Positions 1-9,222 of a stretch of DNA of 64,000 nucleotides are shown here, piece by piece. Under the pieces are notes generated by a model. The model was not told the DNA's origin and did no database searches. It saw only the letters and a list, made by a program, of their open reading frames with translations. Each line of letters begins with the position of its first letter. Position 1 is the first letter of the stretch. Made by a program: the position numbers and the translations under genes. This DNA is from an uncultured Actinomycetes bacterium (GTDB lineage: Bacteria > Actinomycetota > Thermoleophilia > Solirubrobacterales > 70-9): NCBI GenBank assembly GCA_963823245.1, contig CAWGKQ010000012.1:61233-125232 (forward strand). The letters are read 5' to 3'.

Positions 1-1
1 C

Positions 2-610
2 GACCACGTCTTCGTGGCGAACATGACCGGAAACGTCGTCTTCGTCGGCTTCGCGCTCGGCGGCGCGCCGGGCCTCTCGGCGGCCGCCTCGCTGGCGGCG
101 CTCGTCGCCTTCGTCGTCGGCGCGGTGGTGGCCGGGCGACTGATCCGCCGCTCCGGCTCACACCACGGCCGCCTGATGCGGGCGTTCGGGTTCGTGAAGA
201 CGCCGCTTGTGATCGTGGCGGTGGTCATTGCGCTCTTCGTCGGCGACGATCTCACCGACGCCGCCCGCTACGCGCTCATCGTGCCGCTGGCGATGGCGAT
301 GGGGGTTCAGAACGCCGCCGTGCGACGAGTGAACGTGCCGGGCCTCCGGACGACGCTCCTCACGCTCACGATCACGGGTATGGCGGCCGACCCGGCCTCG
401 CGCCACGCAGGCGCGGCGGAGATCAGGCGCGGACTGATCTCGATCGTGGCGATGTTCCTCGGCGCCCTGATCGGCGGCCTGCTCGTGATGAACGCCAATC
501 TGTGGATCCCGATCGCAGTGGCTGCCCTGCTCCAGGGAACAAGCACCCTGATCGCGCAACGGAACTCCACCGTCGAGGCCGCCTGGGCGCACCCCTCGGA
601 CGCGCGCTAG
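2..610 (+). CDS. YoaK/DUF1275-family membrane protein, 5' end outside window
   Basis: The frame is open from base 2 (DHVFVANMTGNVVFVGFALG motif). Several hydrophobic helices follow. The listed ORF 14..610 starts at an internal GTG. Confidence 0.6.
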   Translation, partial: DHVFVANMTGNVVFVGFALGGAPGLSAAASLAALVAFVVGAVVAGRLIRRSGSHHGRLMRAFGFVKTPLVIVAVVIALFVGDDLTDAARYALIVPLAMAMGVQNAAVRRVNVPGLRTTLLTLTITGMAADPASRHAGAAEIRRGLISIVAMFLGALIGGLLVMNANLWIPIAVAALLQGTSTLIAQRNSTVEAAWAHPSDAR

Positions 611-900
611 GCGTCCAGGCCCGCGACGACGGTCCAGGGCTCGATGCGCCGCCCGGTGACGAGGCCGGCCTCGACGTAGGGATCGCCGGTTACGAATTCG
701 GCGAGGCGGGCCGCGTCCTCGACGTCGAAGGCGAAGAACGCGCCGCGCGGCGGGTCCCCTAGAGCGCCGGCGATGACGAGCTCGCCCCGGTCGTGCCAGG
801 CGGCGACATGAGCCAGGTGTGCCTCGCGGTGCGGCGCGCGGCGCTCGAGTATGTCGGGCACGTACTCGTAGGTCAGCGTCCAGAGGAGGCGCGGGCTCAT
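607..900 (-). CDS. YciI-family protein
   Basis: 97-aa ORF with a YciI-like pattern (HREAHLAHV...GELVIAGAL...GAFFAFDVEDAARLAEFVTGDPY). It abuts both neighbours. Confidence 0.7.
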   Translation of the reverse strand: MSPRLLWTLTYEYVPDILERRAPHREAHLAHVAAWHDRGELVIAGALGDPPRGAFFAFDVEDAARLAEFVTGDPYVEAGLVTGRRIEPWTVVAGLDA

Positions 901-1762
901 GGCGCCGGGCTCGGCGCCGGAGCGCTCACCGCGTCGCCGCGCATCCGCAGGCCCACGAGCGGATAGGTCAGGGTCGAGAGGACCGCCGCGCTGACGAGCG
1001 CGGCGGCGGTCGAGGCCCGCATATGACCGTCGGCGACGGCGACGGTGGTGATTGCGAGGACCAGCGGGAGTCGCGGGTGATCAAGCCGGCGGCGAAGCCA
1101 CCGAGGAGAAGGTCGAGCCCGAGGTTGGAGGCCAGGAGGGCGAGCGCAAAGACGAGCACCACGATCCACCGCACCGCGAGCTGCGAGCTCGCGTCGAGAG
1201 TCCGCTCCAGCAATGGGAGTGTTCGGCCCGCGGAGCGGACTGCGAGGATGGCCACGGCGACGGCGAGCGCTATGAAGGCAACGAGGATGACGGCGCTGCG
1301 GAGAGCGTCCGCCGTCGTCAGGATCAGGGTCAGCAGGAGGATCGGTCCGAACTCCCCGACGGCGCCGGCGGCGAGCAGGTAGGTGCCGAAGCGAGTCTCG
1401 AGCTCGCCGCTGTCCGAGAGGATCGGGATCAGGGTCCCGATCGCGGTCGTGGCGAGCGCCGAGCCCGTGTAGAGCAGCGACAGCACGATCCCGGCGGCGG
1501 CGAGGATGCCTCCGACGGTGTACGCGATGAGCAACGAGAGGGCCCAGCCAAGCGAGGCGAGCCGAAGCGGCGAGCCGCTGACCCGCCGGACGTCGATCTC
1601 GTAGCCGGCGAAGAAGAACCGAGGGCGGGAAGGGTCGTGCGGGAGGAAACCGCTCGGCACGGTCGCGGCGATGGCCCAGGCGCGTGGCCTGCTTCTCGCC
1701 TTCGCGAGGAACGAGCCGACGTCGATGTGCGTGGGATCGATCGCTGCAAGCACGTCCGTCAT
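897..1762 (-). pseudogene. Cation:proton antiporter family protein, frameshifted near 1070
   Basis: ORF 968..1762 carries antiporter-like helices (FFFAGYEIDVRRV, LLLGGFAAGLIT), then turns to low-complexity junk. The sensible continuation (PLVLAITTVAVADGHMRAS...LTYPLVGL) is in ORF 897..1169. The ATG overlaps the stop of the upstream ADH gene. Confidence 0.6.
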
Positions 1763-2784
1763 GGCGCCGCCGTCCGCTCGATGACGAGCTTCGTCTCCTC
1801 GGCGAGGACCGCCTCGGGCGCGTCCTCCCAGGCGGCGACGTTGCTCGTGACCCGTTCGGGATGGACCTCGCCTGAGGCGACGAGCTCGAGGATCGGCGGG
1901 ATCACGGGGCGGGCGGCTACGCGGCCGGTCACGAAGCGCACGCCGGCCGTGTACATCTCGAGGAGCGGTATCGGGGTCATCTCCTCGTAGTAGATGCCGA
2001 CGCTCGTGCAGACGCCGCCGCGGGCGGTCGAGCGAAGGGCGGCGTGCAGCCCCGCGTGGCTCGCGGTGGCGTTGACGGTGATCTGGCGCCGCTTGTACTT
2101 GCGGTCGAGCCCCTCGATGGCCTCCGCGCCGAGCTCCTCGGCGAGCGCGAGACGGTCGGGGTCGCTGTCGACGTAGGCCACCTCGCCCGCGCCCAGCGCG
2201 GTCGCGAAATCGACCGCGTAGAGGCCGATGCTGGGGGCGCCGCCGCCAACCACGAGCACGTCGGCGCCGGGGCTCTCGGCGAGCGGGCCGGCGACGGTGC
2301 GCCAGGCATCGGGGAGGTTGTCGGAGGCGGAGGCGAGCGTGGCGGGAGCGACGCCGTCGGGCACGGGCACGAGCATCGGCTCGGCGAAGGGGACGCGCGC
2401 GAGGTCGGACACGAGGCCGCCCCAGTCGCCGCCGAAGGCACCGAACCCGTACATCGAGCCAGGCTGGACCTCGCGGCAGTCACCGGTGAGTCCTGCGCGG
2501 CAGCGATCGCAGGCGCCGCAGGAGATCTGGAACGGGACGACGACGAGATCGCCGGCGGCGAACGACGAAACGTCCTCCCCCACCTCGACCACCTCGGCCA
2601 CGCACTCGTGGCCGATCGCGACGGGCGGCGGCACCGGCGCCTGGCCGGTGATGATCGGGCGGTCCAGGTCGCAGAGCGCCACAGCCAGCGGCCGGACGAT
2701 CGCCTCGCTCGGACCCTCGAGGCACGGATCAGCCACCTCGTGCCAGCCGACCGCTCGGTCCTCCGTGACGATCAGCGATCTCAT
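1759..2784 (-). CDS. Zinc-dependent alcohol dehydrogenase family oxidoreductase
   Basis: 341 aa. It has the GHECVAEVVEVG catalytic-zinc motif, the CGACDRC structural-zinc cysteines and a VVGGGAPSIGL Rossmann motif. Confidence 0.85.
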   Translation of the reverse strand: MRSLIVTEDRAVGWHEVADPCLEGPSEAIVRPLAVALCDLDRPIITGQAPVPPPVAIGHECVAEVVEVGEDVSSFAAGDLVVVPFQISCGACDRCRAGLTGDCREVQPGSMYGFGAFGGDWGGLVSDLARVPFAEPMLVPVPDGVAPATLASASDNLPDAWRTVAGPLAESPGADVLVVGGGAPSIGLYAVDFATALGAGEVAYVDSDPDRLALAEELGAEAIEGLDRKYKRRQITVNATASHAGLHAALRSTARGGVCTSVGIYYEEMTPIPLLEMYTAGVRFVTGRVAARPVIPPILELVASGEVHPERVTSNVAAWEDAPEAVLAEETKLVIERTAAP

Positions 2785-2814
2785 CCGCGCGCCCGACTAT
2801 AGGCTCGGGTCGCC

Positions 2815-4200
2815 GTGAACGAGCGCCCGCAGCGGCTTTCGGCCTCGGACATGTCCTCGCTCCTCGCCGAGGGCGGGTCGATCCACGTCAACGTCGGGGG
2901 CACGGTCATCGTCGAGGGCGAGGCCGCTCCCTACGAGGAACTCCTGGAGCACGTCGACGCGCGCCTCAACCTCGTGCCGCGCTTCCGCCAGCGCGTGACC
3001 CGCGTGCCGCTCGGCCTCTCGAACCCCGAGTGGGGCGACGACCCTCGCTTCGACCTGCGCTGGCATGTCCAGCACGTCGCGCTGCCCCGGCCGGGGTCGA
3101 TGGCGCAGCTTCGCGACCTGGTCGGCGAAGTCTTCTCGCAGCCGCTCGACTTCTCCCGGCCGCTATGGCGCATCTACCTGATCGAGGGCCTCGCGAACGG
3201 GCGCCACGCAATCCTCTCCAAGACGCACCACGCGCTCGTCGACGGCGTCTCGGCGCTCGACGTCGGGACCGTCCTCGTCGATCCCAACCCGGAGGGGACC
3301 GTGATGGAATTGCCGGCGAAGCCCTGGGAGGCGGACGAGCCGAGCCCGGAGATGCTGTTCGTCCGCGCCGCCTCGGACCGCATTCGCGAGCCGGTCCGGA
3401 CCGCCCGCAAGGCGGCGCTGTCGGCGCTCACGATGCCGCGCGACACGGCCAACCGCCTCCGGCGAACCGCCGAGGGCTTCGCGGGGCTCGCAGCGGGCGG
3501 GCCGGCGGTGCCCGCGACATTCCTGAATCAGGAGATCGGCCGCGACCGCCGGGTCGCGTTTGCAGAGACGAGGCTCGATGCCCTCAAGGCGGCGCGGGCC
3601 GACGGGCCGGCGACGGTGAACGACGTCGTCCTGGCCGCGGTGACGGGCGGGCTCAGGCGGTTCTTCGACCGCCGCGGAGAGGACGTCCCCGAGCACATCG
3701 TGGCCCTGGTGCCGGTGAGCGTTCGGCGGCCGGACGAGGAGCTCGAGCTCGGCAACCGGATCGCGACGCTCTTCGTCGCGCTGCCGGTGCGCGAGCGCGA
3801 CCCCGCGGAGCGCCTGCGGCTCATCCACGAGCAGATGACGCGGCTCAAGGCCTCGGAGCAGGCACACGCCGCATCGCTCGTCATCGAGGCGACTGGGTTC
3901 GTCCCGCCCACCGTGAACCGCGTGCTGGCGGGGGCACTGTCGGGGCCGCTGACCTGGAACCTCGTCGTCTCGAACGTGCCGGGCCCGCAGCTCCCGCTCT
4001 ACATGCTGGGCCGCCGGATCCTCGCGATCCACCCCTTCGTGCCGCTCTCACCCCAGCGCCGGGCGCTCTCGATCGGCGTTCTGAGCTACGACGGCGGGGT
4101 GTTCTTCGGGCTCGCCGGCGATCGCGACGTGCTCGCGGACCTCGACGACTTCGCGGCCGACCTCGACGCGGCGGTGGCAGAGCAGGTGAAGTCGAGCTAG
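2815..4200 (+). CDS. Wax ester synthase/diacylglycerol acyltransferase (WS/DGAT)
   Basis: 461 aa with the HHALVDGVS active-site motif (HHxxxDG) and the typical C-terminal NVPGP...LY motif. Confidence 0.85.
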   Translation: MNERPQRLSASDMSSLLAEGGSIHVNVGGTVIVEGEAAPYEELLEHVDARLNLVPRFRQRVTRVPLGLSNPEWGDDPRFDLRWHVQHVALPRPGSMAQLRDLVGEVFSQPLDFSRPLWRIYLIEGLANGRHAILSKTHHALVDGVSALDVGTVLVDPNPEGTVMELPAKPWEADEPSPEMLFVRAASDRIREPVRTARKAALSALTMPRDTANRLRRTAEGFAGLAAGGPAVPATFLNQEIGRDRRVAFAETRLDALKAARADGPATVNDVVLAAVTGGLRRFFDRRGEDVPEHIVALVPVSVRRPDEELELGNRIATLFVALPVRERDPAERLRLIHEQMTRLKASEQAHAASLVIEATGFVPPTVNRVLAGALSGPLTWNLVVSNVPGPQLPLYMLGRRILAIHPFVPLSPQRRALSIGVLSYDGGVFFGLAGDRDVLADLDDFAADLDAAVAEQVKSS

Positions 4201-4524
4201 GCCTCGATGAACACCGGCGTCCCGACCGGAACGCGGCGTACGAGCGAGGCGGTTCGAGACGTGAACGACGATTGCAAGGCGCGTCGAGAACGCTCCCAGG
4301 CGGCGGCGCGAGCTGTCGAGCTCCGCCGGGAGGCGCGAACGCCGCGGAAGATGACGATGGGTAGGGCGCTTCGCCCTGGCCGTAGCTGCCCCCCTCGCCG
4401 CTCTGTTGCTGGCATCGTGCGGAGGAGGCACCGCGGCGACGGATATGTTGCGCACGACGACCGTCAGTGGCTTTCCTCACGGCGAACGTCCCTCAGGCCC
4501 TCGGATGCGATGGGCTGCGAGACG

Positions 4525-4543
4525 TTCGCCCCCAAAGGGCGAA
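4525..4543 (-). terminator. Stem-loop immediately downstream of tRNA-Ser(GCT)
   Basis: TTCGCCC-ccaaa-GGGCGAA gives a 7-bp stem and 5-nt loop, 4 nt beyond the tRNA 3' end. There is no U-tract. Confidence 0.35.
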
Positions 4544-4547
4544 GGAG

Positions 4548-4637
4548 CGGAGAGGGAGGGATTCGAACCCTCGAGAGAGCTTGTCGCCCCCTACTCGCTT
4601 AGCAGGCGAGTGCCTTCAGCCACTCGGCCACCTCTCC
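4548..4637 (-). tRNA. tRNA-Ser (anticodon GCT)
   Basis: Hand-folded cloverleaf of 90 nt. Acceptor stem is GGAGAGG/CCTCTCC, the anticodon loop is CTGCTAA, there is a long variable arm, and the T-arm is GAGGG-TTCGAAT-CCCTC. CCA is not encoded. Confidence 0.9.
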
Positions 4638-4697
4638 GGTCGCGGCCGGAAGCAGGGCCCCGGCCGCACAGGCGATTCTAGATACGCTCGCCAGGCG

Positions 4698-5945
4698 TTG
4701 ACAGCTACCGAAACCGCTGCCGCCTCGCCGCCTCTCATCGACCGCGAGGCGCTCCTCGAGCGCTACGAGTCGATCTTCCAGACGGTGGAGCCACCGTTCG
4801 CATTCGTCGACCTTGACGCGCTCGCGGCCAACGCCGTCACCATGCGCGCGCAGGCCGGAGACCTGCCGATCAGGATCGCCTCGAAGTCGGTGCGATCGGT
4901 CGGCATTCTGCGCCGGATCGGAGAGCTCGACGAGGGCTTCCGCGGCGTCCTCGCGTTCACGCTCCCCGAGGCCCTTCACCTCGCCGAGCTGGGATTCGAT
5001 GACGTGGTGGTCGCCTATCCCACGGTCGATCGCGAGGCGATGCGGCGCCTGGTCGAGTTCGCGACCGCCAGGCCCGAGACCTCGCCGACGCTGATGTTCG
5101 ACGCCGAGGCGCACCTCGATCTCGTCGAGTCGACGATCGGCGGCGGGCCTGCGCAGATACCGGTCTGCCTCGACGTCGACGCCGGGCTGTGGCTCGGCCG
5201 CGGGCGCTTCGTTCGGATCGGGCCGAAGCGGTCGCCGATCCATTTCCCGCCACAGGCGCGCCGGCTCGCGCAGGACGCCGAGGCCCGGCCGGGGACGAGG
5301 CTCGCCGGCGTCATGGCCTACGAGGGGCAGATCGCCGGCGTCGGCGACCGCATCCCCGGGCGGCCGCTGCGAAGCGCCGCGATCCGCGCGATGCAGCGAG
5401 CATCGGCGCGCGACCTGCGCCGGCGCCTGCCGGAGTTGGTCGCCGCGGTTCGCGAGGTCGCCGAGCCCCGCTTCGTCAACGGCGGCGGCACCGGCAGCCT
5501 CTCCCGCACCGCCGCCGCGGGGACAGTCACCGAGCTGAGCGCGGGCTCGGGCTTCTACGCCCCGCATCTGTTCGACAATTACCGCTCGCTCGAGCTCCGC
5601 CCCGCGGCCTTCTTCGTCCTCCCGATCGTTCGCCGCCCCGGGCCGGGCGTGGCGACGGCACTCGGCGGTGGCTACGTGGCGTCCGGCCCGGCCGGCCGCG
5701 ACCGCCTTCCCGAGCCCTACCTCCCGGACGGGCTGCGGCTCGACCGCCAGGAGGGAGCCGGCGAGGTGCAGACGCCCGTGATCGGCACGCCGACGCGGAC
5801 CCTGCGGGTCGGCGATCGCGTCTACATGCGGCACGCGAAGGCCGGCGAGCTGTGCGAGCACTTCGACTCGCTCCACCTCGTGTCGGGCGACCGGATCGTC
5901 GACGAGGTGGCGACCTACCGGGGCGACGGACTCAGCTTCCTCTAG
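4698..5945 (+). CDS. Alanine-racemase-fold PLP enzyme (D-serine dehydratase / D-threonine aldolase-like)
   Basis: FAFVDLDAL...IRIASKSVRS (putative PLP lysine) and a C-terminal beta domain. The listed ORF start (4467) overlaps the tRNA, so an in-frame TTG at 4698 is proposed. The start is uncertain. Confidence 0.65.
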   Translation: MTATETAAASPPLIDREALLERYESIFQTVEPPFAFVDLDALAANAVTMRAQAGDLPIRIASKSVRSVGILRRIGELDEGFRGVLAFTLPEALHLAELGFDDVVVAYPTVDREAMRRLVEFATARPETSPTLMFDAEAHLDLVESTIGGGPAQIPVCLDVDAGLWLGRGRFVRIGPKRSPIHFPPQARRLAQDAEARPGTRLAGVMAYEGQIAGVGDRIPGRPLRSAAIRAMQRASARDLRRRLPELVAAVREVAEPRFVNGGGTGSLSRTAAAGTVTELSAGSGFYAPHLFDNYRSLELRPAAFFVLPIVRRPGPGVATALGGGYVASGPAGRDRLPEPYLPDGLRLDRQEGAGEVQTPVIGTPTRTLRVGDRVYMRHAKAGELCEHFDSLHLVSGDRIVDEVATYRGDGLSFL

Positions 5946-5957
5946 GGCGGCGGCGCG

Positions 5958-6851
5958 GTGATTCTGGGACTGATCCTCGCTCTGGGATCGGCCGTGGGCA
6001 CCAACCTCGGATTCCTGTTCAAGCAGCGGGGCGCGGTGCTCGCGCCATCGATCCGGCTGCGGCACCCGGCACGCAGCGCTGCCGCGCTGTTTCGGTCGCG
6101 ATGGTTCCTGGTCGGGTGGATCGTCTCGCTCGTCGCCTGGGGCCTGCACGTCGGGGCGCTCTCGCTGGCGCCCCTCACGAGCGTGCAGGCGGTCCTGTCC
6201 GGGGGCCTCGTCTTCCTCGCGGTGCTCGCGGAGCGGTTCTTCGGGTTTCACCTCGAACGCCGCCAGTGGGCCGGCGTCGGCATCACGGCCGCCGGCTTGG
6301 CCGTCATCGGGGTCACCACAACGGCGGAGGGGCCGCAGCGCTACTCGCTGGCGGCCTTGATCGTCTTCGAGAGCGCCATCCTGCTGTTTGGCATCGGCTT
6401 GGCGAGCATCTCGATGCGCCGAGGCATCGCGCAGCGCCGCACCGCGCTACTGCTCGCGACGGCCGCGGGTGTCCTCTTCGGGGTCTCCGACGTCGCGATC
6501 AAGTACCTCACGCACGCGCAGGGGCCACTGCTCGGCCTGATCAGCCCGTGGACCCTCACGGCCCTGGCCTCGTTCGTCATCTCCTTCTACGCATCCGCTC
6601 GCAGCCTCCAGATCGGCCTTGCGGTCGAGGTCATCGCGATCACCTCGGTGGCGGCCAACCTCGCCGCGATCCTCGGCGGCGTCCTCGTGTTCGGCGAGCC
6701 AATCGGGTCCGGCCCGCTCGGAATCACCGCCCGCGTGCTCGCGTTCTTCGCCGTGGTCGGCGGTGCCGCCCTCGTCCCTGCGCCGGGCCAGGATCCTGGT
6801 ACGTTGGACGTGGACGGTCGCTGGCCAGCCGACCAAGCCGACGTGACCTGA
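5958..6851 (+). CDS. DMT-superfamily (EamA/NIPA-like) membrane transporter
   Basis: 297 aa with about 9 hydrophobic helices. The N-terminus MILGLILALGSAVGTNLGFLFKQRG is typical of this superfamily. Confidence 0.55.
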   Translation: MILGLILALGSAVGTNLGFLFKQRGAVLAPSIRLRHPARSAAALFRSRWFLVGWIVSLVAWGLHVGALSLAPLTSVQAVLSGGLVFLAVLAERFFGFHLERRQWAGVGITAAGLAVIGVTTTAEGPQRYSLAALIVFESAILLFGIGLASISMRRGIAQRRTALLLATAAGVLFGVSDVAIKYLTHAQGPLLGLISPWTLTALASFVISFYASARSLQIGLAVEVIAITSVAANLAAILGGVLVFGEPIGSGPLGITARVLAFFAVVGGAALVPAPGQDPGTLDVDGRWPADQADVT

Positions 6852-6973
6852 CCGACGGATTGGCCTCCGCCTAACGGGCGCCCACTGGGACCAAGGCCCG
6901 TTTCCATCAACAGAGATCCAACGTCCAGCGGCGCTCATGCGCGAGATGGGCTTGGAGATCGAAGGAGGCCCAG

Positions 6974-7936
6974 ATGAGCGCACTAAGTCAGCTGTCGCCG
7001 ACGGCTGCGAGCCCGCGCGCCGACACGGTTCCGATCGAGAACGAGACGTCGGAGCGCGTCGTGCGGACGATGGTCTTCGGCGTGCCCGCGGTCGCGATCG
7101 CCTTGGGAGGATGGCTCGCCTGGGGCGGAGCCCTTCATTGGCAGGACCTCGTGGTCCTCGCGATCACCTACGCGCTCACGGGATTCGGCATCACCGTCGG
7201 CTATCACCGGCTCTTCACGCATCGCAGCTTCAAGACCACGCGGGTGATGCGGGCGGTGCTGGCCGTGCTCGGCTCGATGGCGGTCGAGGGGCCCGTCGTC
7301 GAATGGGTCGCAACCCACCGCAAGCACCATCGCTTCTCAGATCACGCCGGCGATCCCCACAGCCCCCACGTCGAGGCGGCGCCAGGATGGCGTGGAGCGC
7401 TCCGCGGGCTCGGCCACGCGCACGTCGGCTGGATGTTCCGCGGCAAGGACATGGCGAATCCCGCCCGCTACGCGAAGGACCTCCTCGCCGACCGCGATCT
7501 GCGCCTCATCAGCGCGGCCTTTCCGCTCCTCGTGTTGGCCGGGCTGGCGATCCCGTTCGGCCTCGGGGTCGCGCTGACAGGCTCGGTCGTGGGCGGGCTG
7601 ACGGGCCTTCTGTGGGGCGGTGCGGTGCGCATCTTCCTCCTGCACCACGTGACCTTCAGCATCAACTCTCTGTGTCACTACTTCGGACGGCGCCCGTTCC
7701 CGACCGGCGATGAGTCCCGAAATCTCGCCTGGCTCGCCCCGCTCGCCTTCGGCGAGGCCTGGCACAACAACCATCATGCGTTTCCGACGTCGGCTCGTCA
7801 CGGGCTGGGCCGCTGGCAGCTCGACCCGGGCGGCTGGTTCATCTCCGGCCTCGAGCGCTGCGGCCTCGCCTGGGACGTGATCCGGATCAGCGCGTCGCGC
7901 CAGGAGACGAAGCGCGGCGTGGTGACCGCGACCTAG
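6974..7936 (+). CDS. Acyl-CoA (stearoyl-CoA type) fatty acid desaturase
   Basis: It has the three histidine boxes HRLFTH, HRKHH and HNNHH, with membrane helices between them. Confidence 0.85.
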   Translation: MSALSQLSPTAASPRADTVPIENETSERVVRTMVFGVPAVAIALGGWLAWGGALHWQDLVVLAITYALTGFGITVGYHRLFTHRSFKTTRVMRAVLAVLGSMAVEGPVVEWVATHRKHHRFSDHAGDPHSPHVEAAPGWRGALRGLGHAHVGWMFRGKDMANPARYAKDLLADRDLRLISAAFPLLVLAGLAIPFGLGVALTGSVVGGLTGLLWGGAVRIFLLHHVTFSINSLCHYFGRRPFPTGDESRNLAWLAPLAFGEAWHNNHHAFPTSARHGLGRWQLDPGGWFISGLERCGLAWDVIRISASRQETKRGVVTAT

Positions 7937-8355
7937 CTGCCGTTCGCGCTCAACGGCTGGTAGGACGGGGGCGGTGCCGCCGGCGCGGCGTCGCGGAGGG
8001 CGCGCTGGGCTCTGACCGTCGCATCCAGGACCGGCGGCCGGTCGCGGAACTTCCGCTCGTAGCCTCGGATTTTCTTGAGCGTCGCCATGTCGGCCGTCTC
8101 GACGGCGGCGAGGATCTCGTCGTCGCCAAGCGCGTCATAACCCGGAAGGGGCTCGGCTCCCTGCAGGTAGCGCAGCTTGTTGAGCACGGCTTCGCGGCTC
8201 TTGTGGGCGCGCTCGTATGTCTCGACGGCCGCGAGCTCGCTCTGGGTGTGCTCGTGGAGGACTTGGATGAGCTCGCCGTCACCGAGGCGGTCGAAGCCCG
8301 CAAAAGGCAGCGGAGGGGGTGTCGTGTCTGAATCGATGGGGGGTGCAGCGGTCAT
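7933..8355 (-). CDS. Hypothetical protein with an internal tandem duplication
   Basis: 140-aa ORF with good GC3. Two about 40-aa repeats match the pattern [FY]D.LGD.E[IL]......E.......[VI]..YER.....R..VL. Confidence 0.5.
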   Translation of the reverse strand: MTAAPPIDSDTTPPPLPFAGFDRLGDGELIQVLHEHTQSELAAVETYERAHKSREAVLNKLRYLQGAEPLPGYDALGDDEILAAVETADMATLKKIRGYERKFRDRPPVLDATVRAQRALRDAAPAAPPPSYQPLSANGS

Positions 8356-8398
8356 GGGACTCCTCGCCGTAGCTGGGCTTACAATGTATCATCAATTC

Positions 8399-8737
8399 AT
8401 GAAAACTAAGTCCAGTGTTTCCGCCGGACGGGCGCCAGCGGTGCCGGCCTCCCCCCGGTGGGACTTCCTGACCAACCATGCCCACGTGCTCACCTGCGTA
8501 GCCCATGACCCGGGCATCCGCCTGCGCGACATCGCTGCGGCGGTGGGCATCACGGAGCGCGCCGCACACCGGATCGTCTCCGAGCTCGTCGACGAGGGCT
8601 ACCTGCTGCGCGAGCGAGAGGGGCGTCGAAACCGCTATGAGGTCGTGGCCGGCCTTCCCTTGCGCCATCCCCTGGTCTCCGAACACGAGGTCGGCGATCT
8701 GCTCAAGGTGCTTCTTGGGCCTGCGGCGATGAATTGA
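8399..8737 (+). CDS. Winged-helix (MarR/ArsR-like) transcriptional regulator
   Basis: ATG at 8399 follows an AT-rich stretch. The HTH is IRLRDIAAAVGITERAAHRIVSELVDEGYLLRERE. The listed ORF 8177.. overlaps the divergent gene. Confidence 0.65.
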   Translation: MKTKSSVSAGRAPAVPASPRWDFLTNHAHVLTCVAHDPGIRLRDIAAAVGITERAAHRIVSELVDEGYLLREREGRRNRYEVVAGLPLRHPLVSEHEVGDLLKVLLGPAAMN

Positions 8738-8745
8738 TGGCGTCC

Positions 8746-9222
8746 CTAGGCCGGCCCCGACGGCCAGCGGCCGGCCTGCCATTGGCGAAGCGAGTCCAAC
8801 ACAAGGTCGCGGTCGGTCTTCACGGCGAGATATCTCCAGCGTCCGTCGCGGATCACCCATGCGAAGTGGAAGCGGGCATCGATGGGGACGTCGCTCGCGC
8901 CCCCTCGCGCGACCATGTGTCCGCTGCCGAAGACCACGTCCCCCTCGGCTGATGACAGCTCAACGTCGCTCACCCTGGCCTCTTCGAACATGGCGAAGAA
9001 GGCCTCCCACACCGCACGGACCGCATCCGTCCCACTCGCATCGACCGGAAAGCCGGTCAGGGCCGAGATGTCCGGGTCGCCGCTGTAGTCGACCTCCGGG
9101 TGGAAGACCTGGGCAAAAAGCGCCTCGAGCTCGCCGGCATTGAAGAGCTCGAAGCCTCGCCTGACGACCGCGAGCCGGTCCTCCGGCCCACGGTGCGGAA
9201 CGCTGTCACCCCGGGCCGTCAC
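8746..9222 (-). CDS. SnoaL/NTF2-like family protein
   Basis: The sensible sequence starts at a GTG (9222) that overlaps the upstream stop as GTGA. The remainder of the 358-aa listed ORF is Arg/Pro junk. The sequence has an NTF2-like pattern (RRGFELFNAGELEALF...RFHFAWVIRDGRW). Confidence 0.65.
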   Translation of the reverse strand: MTARGDSVPHRGPEDRLAVVRRGFELFNAGELEALFAQVFHPEVDYSGDPDISALTGFPVDASGTDAVRAVWEAFFAMFEEARVSDVELSSAEGDVVFGSGHMVARGGASDVPIDARFHFAWVIRDGRWRYLAVKTDRDLVLDSLRQWQAGRWPSGPA

